Positions 10,367 to 20,796 of a stretch of 52,520 nucleotides of DNA are shown in pieces. This DNA is from Pseudorhodobacter antarcticus. GTDB lineage: Bacteria; Pseudomonadota; Alphaproteobacteria; Rhodobacterales; Rhodobacteraceae. Positions within the stretch are counted from its first letter, which is position 1. Each line of letters starts with the position of its first letter. The translations under genes were made by a program, and so were the position numbers. The stretch is taken from the NCBI GenBank assembly GCA_945871285.1, contig CAMBWO010000001.1, forward strand, positions 1 to 52,520, read 5' to 3'. The notes beneath the pieces were generated by a model, which was not told the DNA's origin, did no database searches, and saw nothing but the letters and a program-made list of their open reading frames with translations.

Positions 10367-10651
10367 GCTGCACCCCCATTGCGGGCACTACACCTGCACC
10401 GGGGGCGGGCCGCCTTGATTCAGATCAGACCGCAACCGACACGGCCCTTACCCGATCCGCTTGCAGGCGGTGGGACTGCCGCCCAACCCGCCGGCCGCAG
10501 TGGCGCAATGAGAGCAAAAACTGGCCATGCGACAAGGGCGAGATCGACTTTTCATCCCGGCCCTGCATCTGGCGTTTGGCCCGTTTCAGCTGGCGATGGC
10601 AGATCCGCAAGGGGGCTGACGTATCGACCAAACGGATACCGCTGCGTGATT

Positions 10652-11210
10652 TCAGGTCGTTCTTGCTTGGCCGCTGCGGCGGGCGACGCGATCTTCGGCG
10701 ACCTGGGCACTCTGGTGAAACGCGACCGAGAGCAGGACACTGACCACGGCCACGGTCCAGATCATGCTGAAATCCATATAGCCGCGCGACTGGTTCAACA
10801 GGTTTCCCAGGCCTCGCCCGGTTGCCAGCCATTCGGCGATCATCACGCCAAGCAGGGCGCGGGGAACCGTGGTGCGGATCGCGGCAAACACCCACGGCAA
10901 CGAGGCCGGGATGGCGACCAGCCGCAACCCGCGCCAGGCCGTGGCGCCATAGGCCCTGGGCAGTTCCAGCACCGAGCGCGGCACCTGGGACAGGCCTTGG
11001 GTCATCATGACATAGGCGGGGAAGAAGGTGACCGATATGGTGATCCACAGCGTCACCGCAAACCCCCGACCCAGGATCAGCACCAGCAGCGGCGTCAAGG
11101 CCAGCAGCGGCATGGTCTGCGTGACCAGCGCCACGGGCAGAAAGGCCCGGGTGAAGGACGGTAGAAGCTGCGAGGTGACGGACAGGCCGAAAGCAAGGGC
11201 CAGCCCCGCC
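10652..11210 (-). pseudogene. NitT/TauT-type ABC permease, 5'-truncated fragment
   Basis: QTMPLLALTPLL, FFPAYV, AYGAT...IPASLP, VMIAEWLATGRGLG motifs; homology stops at about 11210 with no start codon or N-terminus. Confidence 0.75.
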
Positions 11211-11211
11211 G

Positions 11212-11925
11212 GCCGGGGTTTCCAAGGCCACGACAGCCCGATTTTTCCGCAACCTTGGCTATACCGATTTCGACGAAGCCCGAACCCAGGCCCGCGAAGA
11301 ACGCAATCGCACCCAGCCCTATGCCTATTCGCAGGCGCTGCCCGAAACGCCGGTGCTTGGCCGGTCGATCGGCGAACATCTGGATCTGGAGCTTTTGAAC
11401 CTGACCCGCACCTTCGAAGAGATGCGCCCGGACCTGCTGACCGAGGCCGCGCGGCTGATCCGGGATGCGCCCCGCGTCTGGTGCATGGGCTTTGGTGCCG
11501 AGGAGGGGCTGGCGCAACTGGCGCGGCTGACCTTTGCACGCCTGCGCCCCGATGTGCATGTTCTGGCCGCCCATCCCGGTGCCTGGGCCGAGGATCTGTC
11601 GATGACCGGCCCGCGCGACGTGCTGATCTTGTTGACGCTGGAGCCGCGGCCCAGGTTTCAGGCCGCCCTCACGTCTTATGCCCGCACGACGCGGATGAAC
11701 GTGATCACCCTGACCGACCACCGTTTTCTGGCCGCCGCCGAGCGGTTTTCGCGGCTGGTGATCGGCTGTCATGTGGCCACCTTCGGGCGTCTGCCCAGCC
11801 ATACCGCGATGACCTCGATGATCCGCATGTTGTCCATTGCATTCATCGGCCAAGCCGGGAGTGCCGCACATCAGCGCCTGTCCGTGATCGACGAAATCAA
11901 CGAAGAGATCGCGCTGTTTGAATAG
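11212..11925 (+). pseudogene. MurR/RpiR family regulator lacking its N-terminus
   Basis: Begins mid-HTH (AGVSKATTARFFRNLGY) in frame with the SIS domain ORF 11353-11925; the first HTH helices and start are missing. Confidence 0.75.
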
Positions 11926-12160
11926 GAGGCGCGGCGTTCGGACCTGACCCCGGGTTCCGCAAGGCTGCGGTCCCGGCGCGGTCAGACAGGTGGGAACGAA
12001 TGTCCGTGCCATGCGTTTTCGGCATGGACCAGAACGTTACCGAAATGTCCGCGGGCTTGTTTCAACGTCTCATGGCCGATTTGGCCTCGGCGCGAAGCGG
12101 CGTTGGCATGGGCTGCGACGTTCCCGCCCGATTGACTCAGGCGCAAGAGGACCGAGTTAC

Positions 12161-13069
12161 ATGATGAAAACATACCTTCTTCCCGCTGCCTTTGGGATGT
12201 GCGTCGCGATGGCTTCGGCCGCACCGGCAGACATTGTCGTCTCCTCCAAGATCGACACCGAAGGCGGCCTGCTGGGCAACATGATTGCCCTGGCGCTGGA
12301 ATCTGCGGGCCTGCCGGTTGAGCGCCGGCTGCAACTGGGCGGCACGCAGGTGGTGCGCGAGGCGCTGTTGGCCGATCAGATTGACATCTATCCCGAATAC
12401 ACCGGCAACGCGGCGTTCTTTTTCAACGTGGCCGATCAGGACATCTGGAACGATGCCCAGGCCGGTTATGCCCGCGCGGCAGAGTTGGATGACACACAGA
12501 ACGGCGTGGTCTGGCAGACCCCGGCACCGGCGAACAACACCTGGGCCATTGCCGTGACCGGCCCCGTGGCCGAAGAACACAACCTGGTCACGATGTCGGA
12601 TTTCGGGGCCTGGGTCGCCGGCGGGGGTGAGGTCAAGCTTGCCGCGTCGACAGAGTTTGTGTCCTCTCCGGCGGTTTTGCCTGCCATGCAGGAGGTCTAT
12701 GGCTTTGAACTGACCCCGGATTAGACGGTGGTGCTGTCGGGCGGTGACACGGCGGCGACCATCCAGGCTGCGGCGCGGGGGACCTCTGGTGTCAATGCGG
12801 CCATGGTTTACGGCACCGATGGCGGCGTGGCGGCCACAGGTCTGGTCGTGATGGCGGACGACAAGGGCGTGCAGCCGGTCTATGCCCCCACTCCGATCAT
12901 CCGGGCCGAGGTTCTGGCCGAATATCCCGCGATTGCCGATGTGCTGGGTCCGATCTTCGCGGGCCTTGATCTTGTCACCTTGCAGGAGTTGAACGGGCGC
13001 ATTCAGGTGGGCGGCGAGCCTGCGGAAGCGGTGGCGCGTGACTACCTGAGCCGCAGGGCCGCCGATTGA
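12161..13069 (+). pseudogene. osmF: Glycine betaine/osmoprotectant ABC substrate-binding protein (OsmF/YehZ) with in-frame TAG at 12722-12724
   Basis: VVSSKIDTEGGLLG, DIYPEYTGN and PANNTWAI motifs; frame continues after TAG with VVLSGGDTAATI...VQPVYAP. Confidence 0.85.
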
Positions 13070-14253
13070 CCGTTGGGGCGATGCGCGTTGCCCATCAGCG
13101 TTACGCCCTGTCCGCGCCCGGCGTCCTGTTCGCCATATTGGGGCTGTGCGCGTTGCTGGCACCCTTCATGACGATTGCGGCCAACCGGATCGTGGCGGGT
13201 GACGGGGTCCGGGCTTGGGATCTTGCCACCCCTGGCGCGACAGGGCTGGGGGTGGCGGCTGTCGTCGCCGGACTGGGGTTGGGTCTGCCTGACAGGCTGA
13301 TGCGGTTGCGACTGGCGGGGGCGGTGCTGGGGTTGGCGGGTTTGGTGTGGCTGCTGGTGCAGGGCGCACCGGCCCTGCTGGAGGGGGCTGGCCCCAATGC
13401 CCGCGTCTCGCCGGCGGTGGGGTTCTGGTGCCTGCTGGGGGTGTTCTTGCTGCTGCTGGCCGATGCCTTGGCGGGCATGGCACCGGGGCCGTTGATGCGA
13501 GCGGCCTTGCTGGCCACGGCGCTGGGGGCTCTTGCGGCCGTGTTGTGGTCGGGCGTGTTGTCCGACCTGTCGATCTTGCAGGAATATGCCAGCCGCCGCG
13601 AGGCGTTTGTGGCGGCGACGGGGCGGCATCTGGGTCTGGCTTTCGGGGCGCTGGCCACGGCGGCGGCGATCGGCTTTCCGCTGGGAATTCTGTGTCACCA
13701 TCATATGAGAGTGCAAAGCGCGACCTTGCCTGTGCTTACCTTCTTGCAGACCATTCCCTCGCTTGCGACCTTCGGGTTGATGATTCCGGTTCTGGCCTGG
13801 GTGGCGGCGACGGTTCCGGGGGCGCAGGCCATCGGCATTGCCGGGATCGGGTTTGCCCCGGCGTTTCTGGCGCTGGTTCTGTATTCGTTGCTGCCTGTGG
13901 TGGGCAACACCGTCGCCGGTCTGGCCGCCGCACCACAAGCGGCCCGGGATGCCGCCCACGGCATGGGCATGACCCCGCGACAACGCCTGTGGCGGGTCGA
14001 ACTGCCTTTGGGCCTGCCGATCATCCTGACCGGGATCCGCATCGTGCTGGTCCAGAACATCGGTCTGGCGGTCATCGCCGGGCTGATCGGCGGGGGCGGG
14101 TTTGGCACCTTCGTCTTTCAGGGGCTGAACCAGACGGCGACCGATCTGATCTTGCTGGGTGCCTTGCCCACCGTGGCCCTGGCCCTGACGGCGGCCATTG
14201 TCATGGACATTCTTGTTGACCTGACCCGACCCAGTGCGGACAGCCGAAAATGA
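13066..14253 (+). CDS. yehY: Osmoprotectant ABC permease (YehY-like)
   Basis: LQTIPSLA, AHGMGMT EAA loop, IGGGGFGTFVFQGL; start could be 13081. Confidence 0.8.
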   Translation: MTVGAMRVAHQRYALSAPGVLFAILGLCALLAPFMTIAANRIVAGDGVRAWDLATPGATGLGVAAVVAGLGLGLPDRLMRLRLAGAVLGLAGLVWLLVQGAPALLEGAGPNARVSPAVGFWCLLGVFLLLLADALAGMAPGPLMRAALLATALGALAAVLWSGVLSDLSILQEYASRREAFVAATGRHLGLAFGALATAAAIGFPLGILCHHHMRVQSATLPVLTFLQTIPSLATFGLMIPVLAWVAATVPGAQAIGIAGIGFAPAFLALVLYSLLPVVGNTVAGLAAAPQAARDAAHGMGMTPRQRLWRVELPLGLPIILTGIRIVLVQNIGLAVIAGLIGGGGFGTFVFQGLNQTATDLILLGALPTVALALTAAIVMDILVDLTRPSADSRK

Positions 14254-15185
14254 TTGAAATCAACAGCCTGAGCAAGACTTACGGCGACGTCAAAGCCGTT
14301 GACGCCGTGACCATGACGGTGGAAACCGGCACGATCACCGTCATTGTGGGCACATCGGGGTCCGGCAAGACCACCCTGTTGCGCATGGTCAACCGGCTGG
14401 AGGAACCCACCTCGGGCGAGGTCCGCATCAACGGCACATCGACCCTGTCGATGGAGCCACACATCCTTCGGCGGCAAATCGGCTATGCCATCCAGGGGCA
14501 CGGGCTGTTTCCCCATCACACCGTGGCGCGCAATATCGCCGCCGTGCCCAACCTGCTGAACTGGCCGCGGGACAAGATCGCCGCCCGCGTCGATGAACTG
14601 CTGGAGTTGTTTTCCATGGATCCGGCGCAGTTTCGGGATCGCTACCCGGCGGATCTGTCCGGCGGGCAGCAACAGCGCGTGGGCGTGGCGCGGGCATTGG
14701 CCTCGCGACCCGATCTGATCTTGATGGATGAACCCTTTGGCGCGCTGGACCCGATCATCCGCGCCCGCGCCTAGGAAGACTTGCGCCGCATCCATAAAAG
14801 GCTGGGGTCCACCATCATGCTGGTGACCCATGACATGGATGAGGCGGTCCGGCTGGCCGACCGGATCGCGGTGATGGATGCCGGGCGTCTGGTCCAGTAT
14901 GCCACCCCCGCCCAGATCATCACCCACCCCGCAACCCGTTTCGTGGCCGACATGGTGGGCGATGTGGAACGCCCCTTGCGGTTGCTGTCGCTGATCCCGG
15001 TGTCGCAGGTCATGGTGCCGGGCCCTGCCCAAGGTGCCACCATCCCGTCAGACGCAAGCCTTCGCGACGCGTTGTCCGCCTGCCTGTGGACCGGTCGCAC
15101 CGCAGTCCCGGTGGAACGCGACGGCGTGCCGATTGGCCATGTGACCCTGGAGGCGATCTGCGGATGCGCGGCGTTGCAGCCATGA
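14250..15185 (+). pseudogene. yehX: Osmoprotectant ABC ATPase (YehX/OpuA-like) with in-frame TAG at 14772-14774
   Basis: [18 protein letters not shown] and MDEPFGALD motifs; frame resumes after TAG with EDL...LVTHDMDEA. Confidence 0.85.
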
Positions 15186-15586
15186 GGGTGGCGCACGCCC
15201 TGCGTCTGGCGGTGCTGGTCCTGCTGGTGGCGCTGGTTGTCCGCCCCCAGTGGTTTGAGGCTGTCTTTGCGCCCCCCGCCACGATGGAGGCGGCACGCGG
15301 CATCGGCCTGTCGCGCTGGCAATGCCTGACGCGCGTGGAAATCCCCCTTGCCCTGCCGGTCATCCTGACGGGCATCCGCCTGTCTGTCGTCATCGCGCTG
15401 GGAACCGCCACGATCGGCTCCACGGTCGCGGCATGCACGCTGGGCGAGGTGATCATCGCGGGGCTGCTGACCAACAACACGGCCTTTGTCCTGCAAGGCG
15501 GGCTGATCGTGGGTCTGTTTGCCGTTCTGATTTATGATGCGATGGTCCAGGTGGAAACGCACCTTGGACACGGCGCGCGGATCTGA
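15182..15586 (+). pseudogene. yehW: Osmoprotectant ABC permease (YehW-like) with in-frame internal deletion
   Basis: N-terminal TM (…WFEAVFAP) joins directly to the EAARGIGL loop at about 15272-15280; 134 aa, with the central TM segments absent. Confidence 0.75.
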
Positions 15587-15885
15587 TGCGCCCGACGGGC
15601 CGGCCCGGTCGGCGATCCACGTCGCCGATCCGGCATTCGTCCCTGATCCTGGCGAGCTTTGGCAGCCGCGATCTGATGTGATCGACGGCCGCCTGATGCG
15701 CTTGCGGCGACAGACGGGCCCGCAGCGCCGTGCCTTTGTGCTGGTTGCGTCGGTCCCTCGGCAGGCAAAGGGGACGGGTCTGCGACCGGATCAGGCAACG
15801 GCCGGCGACATGGCGTTCGGGCCAAAAACTCCAGACACCCTGGCGAGATGTCTTGACAGAAAGTGGTCGCAGGTCGACTGTTGTC

Positions 15886-15901
15886 ATAACCATCCAGTTA
15901 C
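15886..15901. promoter_or_regulatory. Putative TetR operator (ATAACCAtcCAGTTAC)
   Basis: 3 mismatches to the palindrome GTAACCA-N2-TGGTTAC; about 60 bp upstream of the VOC gene. Confidence 0.6.
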
Positions 15902-15962
15902 ATACTTGACGGCGTCCGGGATGCGTTGGTGCCGGTCAGGAAATGGCGCAAAGAGGATCACC

Positions 15963-16481
15963 ATGAAGGTTTACGGGTTGCAGCATGTCGGATTTACCGT
16001 GCCGGACATGGACGAGGCGGTGGCGTTCTTTGAGACGGTCTTTGGCGGGGTGACGGTGCTTTCGACAGGGCTGGTGGATGTCGATGATGACTACATGCGC
16101 CGCCGCTTGGGCGTGCCGGGCAATTGCCGGATCGAGGACATCAAGGTGCTGCGCGTGGGCAATGGCAGCAACCTGGAAATCTTCCGCTATTCCGGTGACC
16201 CCGACCCGGCAGAGACGCTGAAGCGCAACAGCCAACCCGGCGGCTTTCACCTGGCCTTTCAGGTTGAGAATGCCAACGCGGCGGCGGACCGGCTGCGGGC
16301 CTCGGGCGTCGATGTGCTGGACGGGCCGAACCATGTGGACGCGGGTCCGATGGCGGGGCTGACCTGGTGCTATCTGCGGGCCCCGTGGGGGCAGTATCTG
16401 GAGATTGTCAGCATGGATGGGCCCTTGGGCCATGAACGGGACGGCAGCTTGGCGCAATGGTCCCCGAAACTGAACCGCTAG
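15963..16481 (+). CDS. VOC (glyoxalase superfamily) metalloenzyme, resembles cyclitol epimerases
   Basis: QHVGFTVPD, LEIFRY, FHLAFQV and PWGQYLEI give the H/E/H/E metal ligands; AGAGGA RBS before ATG 15963. Confidence 0.85.
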   Translation: MKVYGLQHVGFTVPDMDEAVAFFETVFGGVTVLSTGLVDVDDDYMRRRLGVPGNCRIEDIKVLRVGNGSNLEIFRYSGDPDPAETLKRNSQPGGFHLAFQVENANAAADRLRASGVDVLDGPNHVDAGPMAGLTWCYLRAPWGQYLEIVSMDGPLGHERDGSLAQWSPKLNR

Positions 16482-16489
16482 GGGGAGCC

Positions 16490-17485
16490 ATGCCGTTTGA
16501 AATTACCATTCCGGCGCGGCAGACCTTTCAGATGGACAGCTTTCAGGAGGAACCCTTGCGCGCGGGGGAAATCCGGGGGCGCACCGAATACACCCTGATC
16601 AGCCAGGGCACCGAACTTGGCTGGGCCAATGGCGATGCCTTTCCGATCCGTCCGGGCTATGCGGCGGTGTTCACTGTGGATGAGGTGGGCGAAGGCGTGT
16701 CGGGCGTGCGTGTGGGTGAGCGGCGTTTTGCCATGGGGCCGCATCGGTCCAGCCAGACGCATCCGGCGGGCTTTACCTTGGCGGTGCCGGCGGGTTTGCC
16801 CTCGGACATTGCCGTGATCGCCCGGTTGATGGGTGTGTCGATGACCACGCTGATGACCACCAAGGCGCGGGCAGGGGATGCGGTGATTGTCAGTGGGGCT
16901 GGGCCGGTGGGCTTTCTGGCGGCGCATCAGTTCCGGCTGGCGGGGTATCGGGTGACGGTCGTGGACCCTGATGCCGTGCGGCGGCGTCAGGTTATGGGCA
17001 GCGGGATTGCGGATTGTCGGGCAGAGATGCCGGTTACCGACGCGGCCCTCTTGGGAAAGGTCGCACTGGTGGTCGATTGTTCGGGCCATGAGGGTGCGGT
17101 TTTGGCGGGTTGCGGCATGGTGCGGCGGGGCGGCGAGGTGGTGCTGGTGGGCGTGCCCTGGCGCAAGCTGACCGATCACTCGGCGCATGACGTGATGCGG
17201 GCGGTTTTCTTCAACCTGATCACGCTGCGGTCGGGTTGGGAATGGGAGCTGCCGATCACCGGGCGCGGCTTTGTGTGGGAAGAGGTGCTGGGGGGCTATA
17301 ACAACGCGCCGCACAGCATCTTTGGCGGCTTTGCCAAGGCGCTGGCCTGGCTGGCAGAGGGGCGGATTCCGCTGGAAGGTCTGGTGCATCATGCGAGCCC
17401 GGCGGACCCGGCAAAGCTGTATGCCGATATCGCGGGCCGGACGATTGCCGAGCCGTTCATCGTGCTGGATTGGGCCAAGGTGTGA
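16490..17485 (+). CDS. MDR superfamily oxidoreductase (ISxGTE type)
   Basis: LISQGTE, PGYAAV, Rossmann GAGPVG and VVDCSG motifs; GGGGAG RBS. Confidence 0.8.
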   Translation: MPFEITIPARQTFQMDSFQEEPLRAGEIRGRTEYTLISQGTELGWANGDAFPIRPGYAAVFTVDEVGEGVSGVRVGERRFAMGPHRSSQTHPAGFTLAVPAGLPSDIAVIARLMGVSMTTLMTTKARAGDAVIVSGAGPVGFLAAHQFRLAGYRVTVVDPDAVRRRQVMGSGIADCRAEMPVTDAALLGKVALVVDCSGHEGAVLAGCGMVRRGGEVVLVGVPWRKLTDHSAHDVMRAVFFNLITLRSGWEWELPITGRGFVWEEVLGGYNNAPHSIFGGFAKALAWLAEGRIPLEGLVHHASPADPAKLYADIAGRTIAEPFIVLDWAKV

Positions 17486-17700
17486 CGGGCCAAGAGATGA
17501 TGTTGAGGACACCTGTTCTGGCCCCGGCCATGGCGATGCAACCGGTGCTGATGGTGGTGGACCATGCCAGGGCCAAGGTTGCTGGGGGCTGCCTGTGGTG
17601 CATGAGGGCCGCGTCGGAGTGTCGGGGGCACAGGACATCGAGGATACCGAATGCGCCCGGATGGCGTCGGGCGCGGCGGGACTGGGCATGAGGTCTTACC

Positions 17701-18357
17701 CTAGGCTGCAACCAGCCGCATGATCGTGTCGATGTTGAAGCGCAGCCGTTCTTCAAGGGCGTCTTTGGCCATCAGATCGCGTTCGAACATGATCGACCCG
17801 GTGAAGCGGTTGGTAAGGTAATAATACCCGATTGCGGCCACCGTGATGTTCAGTTGGACCGGGTCGATGCCTGCGCGGAACACACCCGCGGCGACCCCGC
17901 GGCTGAGGATGTCGTCCATCATCGACACGAACTTGCGGCTGTAGACCTTGACCACCTCGGACTTCTTCAGATGCTTGGCACGGTGGAGGTTCTCGCTGTT
18001 CACCAAGGTGATGAATTCGGGGTTCCTGAGGTAATAGGCCCAGGTGAAACGCACCAGCCGTTCCAGGGCGTCCCGCGGTTCCAGATGGTCAAGGTTCAGC
18101 TTTTGCTCGGCGGTGCGGATATCGACATAGGCGTTTTCCAGAACGGTTTGGAACAGGCCCTCCTTGCTGCCGAAATAGTGATAAATCATGCGCTTGTTGG
18201 CCTTGGCCTTCTCGGCGATCACATCGACCCGCGCGCCGCCCATCCCGCTTTTGGCGAATTCCTTCTTGGCGGCATCCAGGATGCGCGCCTTGGTCGCCTC
18301 GGCATCGCGCGTGCGCGGTTTGGCAGCGGTTTCCACAGGATCTGGCAGGGTGGTCAC
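17701..18357 (-). CDS. TetR/AcrR family transcriptional regulator
   Basis: RDAEATKARILDAAKKEF...RMIYHYFGSKEGLF HTH; GTG start at 18357 with GGAGGAG RBS. Confidence 0.9.
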   Translation of the reverse strand: MTTLPDPVETAAKPRTRDAEATKARILDAAKKEFAKSGMGGARVDVIAEKAKANKRMIYHYFGSKEGLFQTVLENAYVDIRTAEQKLNLDHLEPRDALERLVRFTWAYYLRNPEFITLVNSENLHRAKHLKKSEVVKVYSRKFVSMMDDILSRGVAAGVFRAGIDPVQLNITVAAIGYYYLTNRFTGSIMFERDLMAKDALEERLRFNIDTIMRLVAA

Positions 18358-18494
18358 GGTCGTCTCCTCCGGCGCCAAGGCGTGGGCGCCCGGATCAGTC
18401 TTACACAGAGCGGGCGGCTGTCGTCAAAGCGGTTCCTGAAGGATCGCAAGAATGCGTGGCGCGGAAAACACTTGACTCGTGCAGTTGTAAGAAA

Positions 18495-18510
18495 GTAACC
18501 AGTTAGTGCG
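18495..18510. promoter_or_regulatory. Putative TetR operator, perfect left half (GTAACCAgtTAGTGCG)
   Basis: In the divergent tetR/SBP intergenic region, 17 nt after a TTGACT -35-like hexamer (18472-18477). Confidence 0.5.
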
Positions 18511-18626
18511 TTAGGTGAACGGGGACACACCCTGTTCAAGCTGCGACTCAAGTCTGTCTTGATCGTGTCAGCCGCCGCGTAGCCCGCCACCCCAAGGTGG
18601 CTTGATGTATAAAAGGGGAGGAACCT

Positions 18627-19736
18627 GTGTCTACTTTCATCAAGGACTTCATCGAAAAAGAGACGATCAACCGCCGCAACTTCCTGTTGGCAACGGCCAC
18701 GGGTCTGGGTGCTGCGGCGATGCCGGGCGTGTTTGGGGGCGGTGCTGCCCTTGCGGCTGAAAACCCGGCGCTGGCGTGGAGCTATCGGGATCGCGCCTCG
18801 GCCTATTGGAACGCCATCGTGTCGGGCGGCGAGGATTTTACGGTCAGCCTGGGCAAGACCGCGGCCGACATGACCAGCCTGATCAACGAAGGGTCCTCGG
18901 AGAAATCGCTGGCCGACATCAAGGCTTTCCTGGCCAAGAACAGCGGCAACTGCGCCATCGCCTGCGACGCCAATGACAGCCCGAACGCCCGCCCGGTGGC
19001 CGAGGCCTGCAAAGAGGCCGGCGGCTATGTCACCACCATCTGGAACAAGACCGACGACCTGCATCCCTGGGACATCGGTGACAACTACGTCGCCCACCTG
19101 TCCTGGTCGGGGGAAAAGCCCTCGGAAGAGGCGGCCCGCGTGCTGTTCAAGGCGATGGGTGGCAAGGGTGGCGTCGTTCACCTGGGCGGCATCCCCGCCA
19201 ACATCCCGGCGATCGAACGTCTGCAGGGCCTGAAGAACGCCCTGGTCGACTTCCCCGAGATCGAGCTTCTGGATGTCCAGTCGGCTGACTGGGACACCCA
19301 GAAAGCCACCGAACTGATGGCGTCGTTCATCACCCGGTATGGCGACAAGATCACCGGCGTCCATTGCGCCAACGACAACATCGCCTATGGCGTGATCGAG
19401 GCCTTCAAGGCCGAGGGCATCACCGGTGTTCCGATCGTGGCCTTCGACGGCAACCCCGAGGCCGTGCAGATGGTCATCGACGGCGCCCTGCTGGCCACCG
19501 TGTTCACCAACCCGCGCTGGGGCGGCGGCATTGCCCTGTCGCTGGCCTATCATGCGGCCATCGGGACGTTCAAACCGTCGGAGGAGCCGAACGAGCACCG
19601 CGAATTCTATGGCCCGTCGATCGTGGTGACCCATGATGACGCCATGGACTTCAAGGCCAAGTACATGGACAGCACCCCGGTCTATGACTGGAAGGATCTG
19701 TGGGGCCAGTCGGCTGGCGGGATCGTCTACAAGTAA
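18627..19736 (+). CDS. Sugar ABC transporter substrate-binding protein (RbsB-like, Tat-exported)
   Basis: Tat signal NRRNFLL; type I PBP motifs ERLQG, ADWD, CANDNIAYG, VAFDG; GTG start with GGAGG RBS. Confidence 0.9.
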   Translation: MSTFIKDFIEKETINRRNFLLATATGLGAAAMPGVFGGGAALAAENPALAWSYRDRASAYWNAIVSGGEDFTVSLGKTAADMTSLINEGSSEKSLADIKAFLAKNSGNCAIACDANDSPNARPVAEACKEAGGYVTTIWNKTDDLHPWDIGDNYVAHLSWSGEKPSEEAARVLFKAMGGKGGVVHLGGIPANIPAIERLQGLKNALVDFPEIELLDVQSADWDTQKATELMASFITRYGDKITGVHCANDNIAYGVIEAFKAEGITGVPIVAFDGNPEAVQMVIDGALLATVFTNPRWGGGIALSLAYHAAIGTFKPSEEPNEHREFYGPSIVVTHDDAMDFKAKYMDSTPVYDWKDLWGQSAGGIVYK

Positions 19737-19747
19737 GATCGGTATGG

Positions 19748-19775
19748 TGGGGGCGGGCCCGGCTGCCCGCCCCCA
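19748..19775 (+). terminator. GC-rich stem-loop after the SBP gene (mRNA stabiliser or partial terminator)
   Basis: 11-bp stem TGGGGGCGGGC / GCCCGCCCCCA with 6-nt loop; no strong U-tract. Confidence 0.55.
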
Positions 19776-19820
19776 ACTCTTGTGGCTTGGGTGGCCGCAA
19801 GTCAGGCGCGGGGGGGTGAC

Positions 19821-20786
19821 GTGACGCGGCATTTTTCAAGGAAGACCCTGCTGAAATGGGCGCCCCTGCTGGTGCTGCTGGTTTTGGTTGTCTTCTTCAC
19901 GGCGATCAATCCGGCCTTCTTTTCGCTGCGGAATTTCGCGCGGATCGCCATCACCTCCTCTCCCGCCCTCATGGTGGCGATTGGCGTGACGTTCATCATC
20001 ATCATGGGGTCGATCGACCTGTCGATGGAGGGGGCAATCTCGTTCAGCGCGGTCGTGTTCGCCTTCATGTTCAAATTTCTGGGCGGCACGCTGGACAGTT
20101 GGGGTTGGCTTGCGCTGCCCCTGATCGTGCTGTGCGGGGCAGTCTTTGGCTGGGTCAACGGGATGATCCATGTTCGGCTGCGCATCCCGTCCTTCATGGC
20201 CAGTCTCGCCATGGGGTTTGTCGGCACGGGGGCGGCGATCCTGTTGACGGGGGGCAATATCGTCAAGGTCGATGACGAGCTGTTCCGCGGCCTTTTGACG
20301 GTGCGATATTTCGGCTTTCCCATCATGGTGTATGTCGCGGTCTTTTTCTTGCTGGTGGGCGCATTCGTGCAATCTTACACGCCCCTGGGCCGCAACTTTT
20401 ATGCCGTGGGCGGCGGCGAGGACCTGGCCCATGCCTCGGGCGTCAAGGTGCGGCGCGTGCGGGTCATGGGGTTCGCGATTGCCGGGGCCTATTACGCCAT
20501 CGCGGCCATTCTGGCGGTCGGCAAGATCGGTCAGGCGGAATCGGTTTCCGGGGCCAACTTCATGTTCATCTCGATCACCTCGGTGGTGGTCGGCGGTGTG
20601 GCGCTGTGGGGCGGCACGGGCGGCGTATGGAATGCGCTGGTGGGGGTGCTGATCGTCAGCGTCATCAACAATGGCATGGTCGTGATCGGCCTGCCTGATT
20701 TCATTCAGGACGGGATGCTGGGCCTTCTGGTCATCATCGCGGTCGTCTTGTCAACGGACCGCCGGTCGATCCAGGTCGTGAAATAG
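19821..20786 (+). CDS. Sugar ABC transporter permease
   Basis: GSIDLS, IPSFMASL, GRNFYAVGG and VVGGVALWGG RbsC-type motifs; start uncertain (19782-19821). Confidence 0.88.
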   Translation: MTRHFSRKTLLKWAPLLVLLVLVVFFTAINPAFFSLRNFARIAITSSPALMVAIGVTFIIIMGSIDLSMEGAISFSAVVFAFMFKFLGGTLDSWGWLALPLIVLCGAVFGWVNGMIHVRLRIPSFMASLAMGFVGTGAAILLTGGNIVKVDDELFRGLLTVRYFGFPIMVYVAVFFLLVGAFVQSYTPLGRNFYAVGGGEDLAHASGVKVRRVRVMGFAIAGAYYAIAAILAVGKIGQAESVSGANFMFISITSVVVGGVALWGGTGGVWNALVGVLIVSVINNGMVVIGLPDFIQDGMLGLLVIIAVVLSTDRRSIQVVK

Positions 20787-20796
20787 GGGGCTTGGG

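Noticed and set aside
12722-14774. Amber readthrough or recoding (pyrrolysine, TAG=Gln) in the osmF and yehX genes
   Set aside because: TAG is used as a normal stop elsewhere in the window (16479-16481, 23250-23252), and the same operon carries a deletion, so decay is the simpler explanation.
15590-15720. Possible isochorismatase-like C-terminal remnant on the minus strand (SPQAHQAAVDHI...PKLARIR)
   Set aside because: Too short to support without a search.
17486-17700. Short ORFs and weak inverted repeats between the MDR gene and tetR
   Set aside because: No recognisable motif, RBS or convincing structure.
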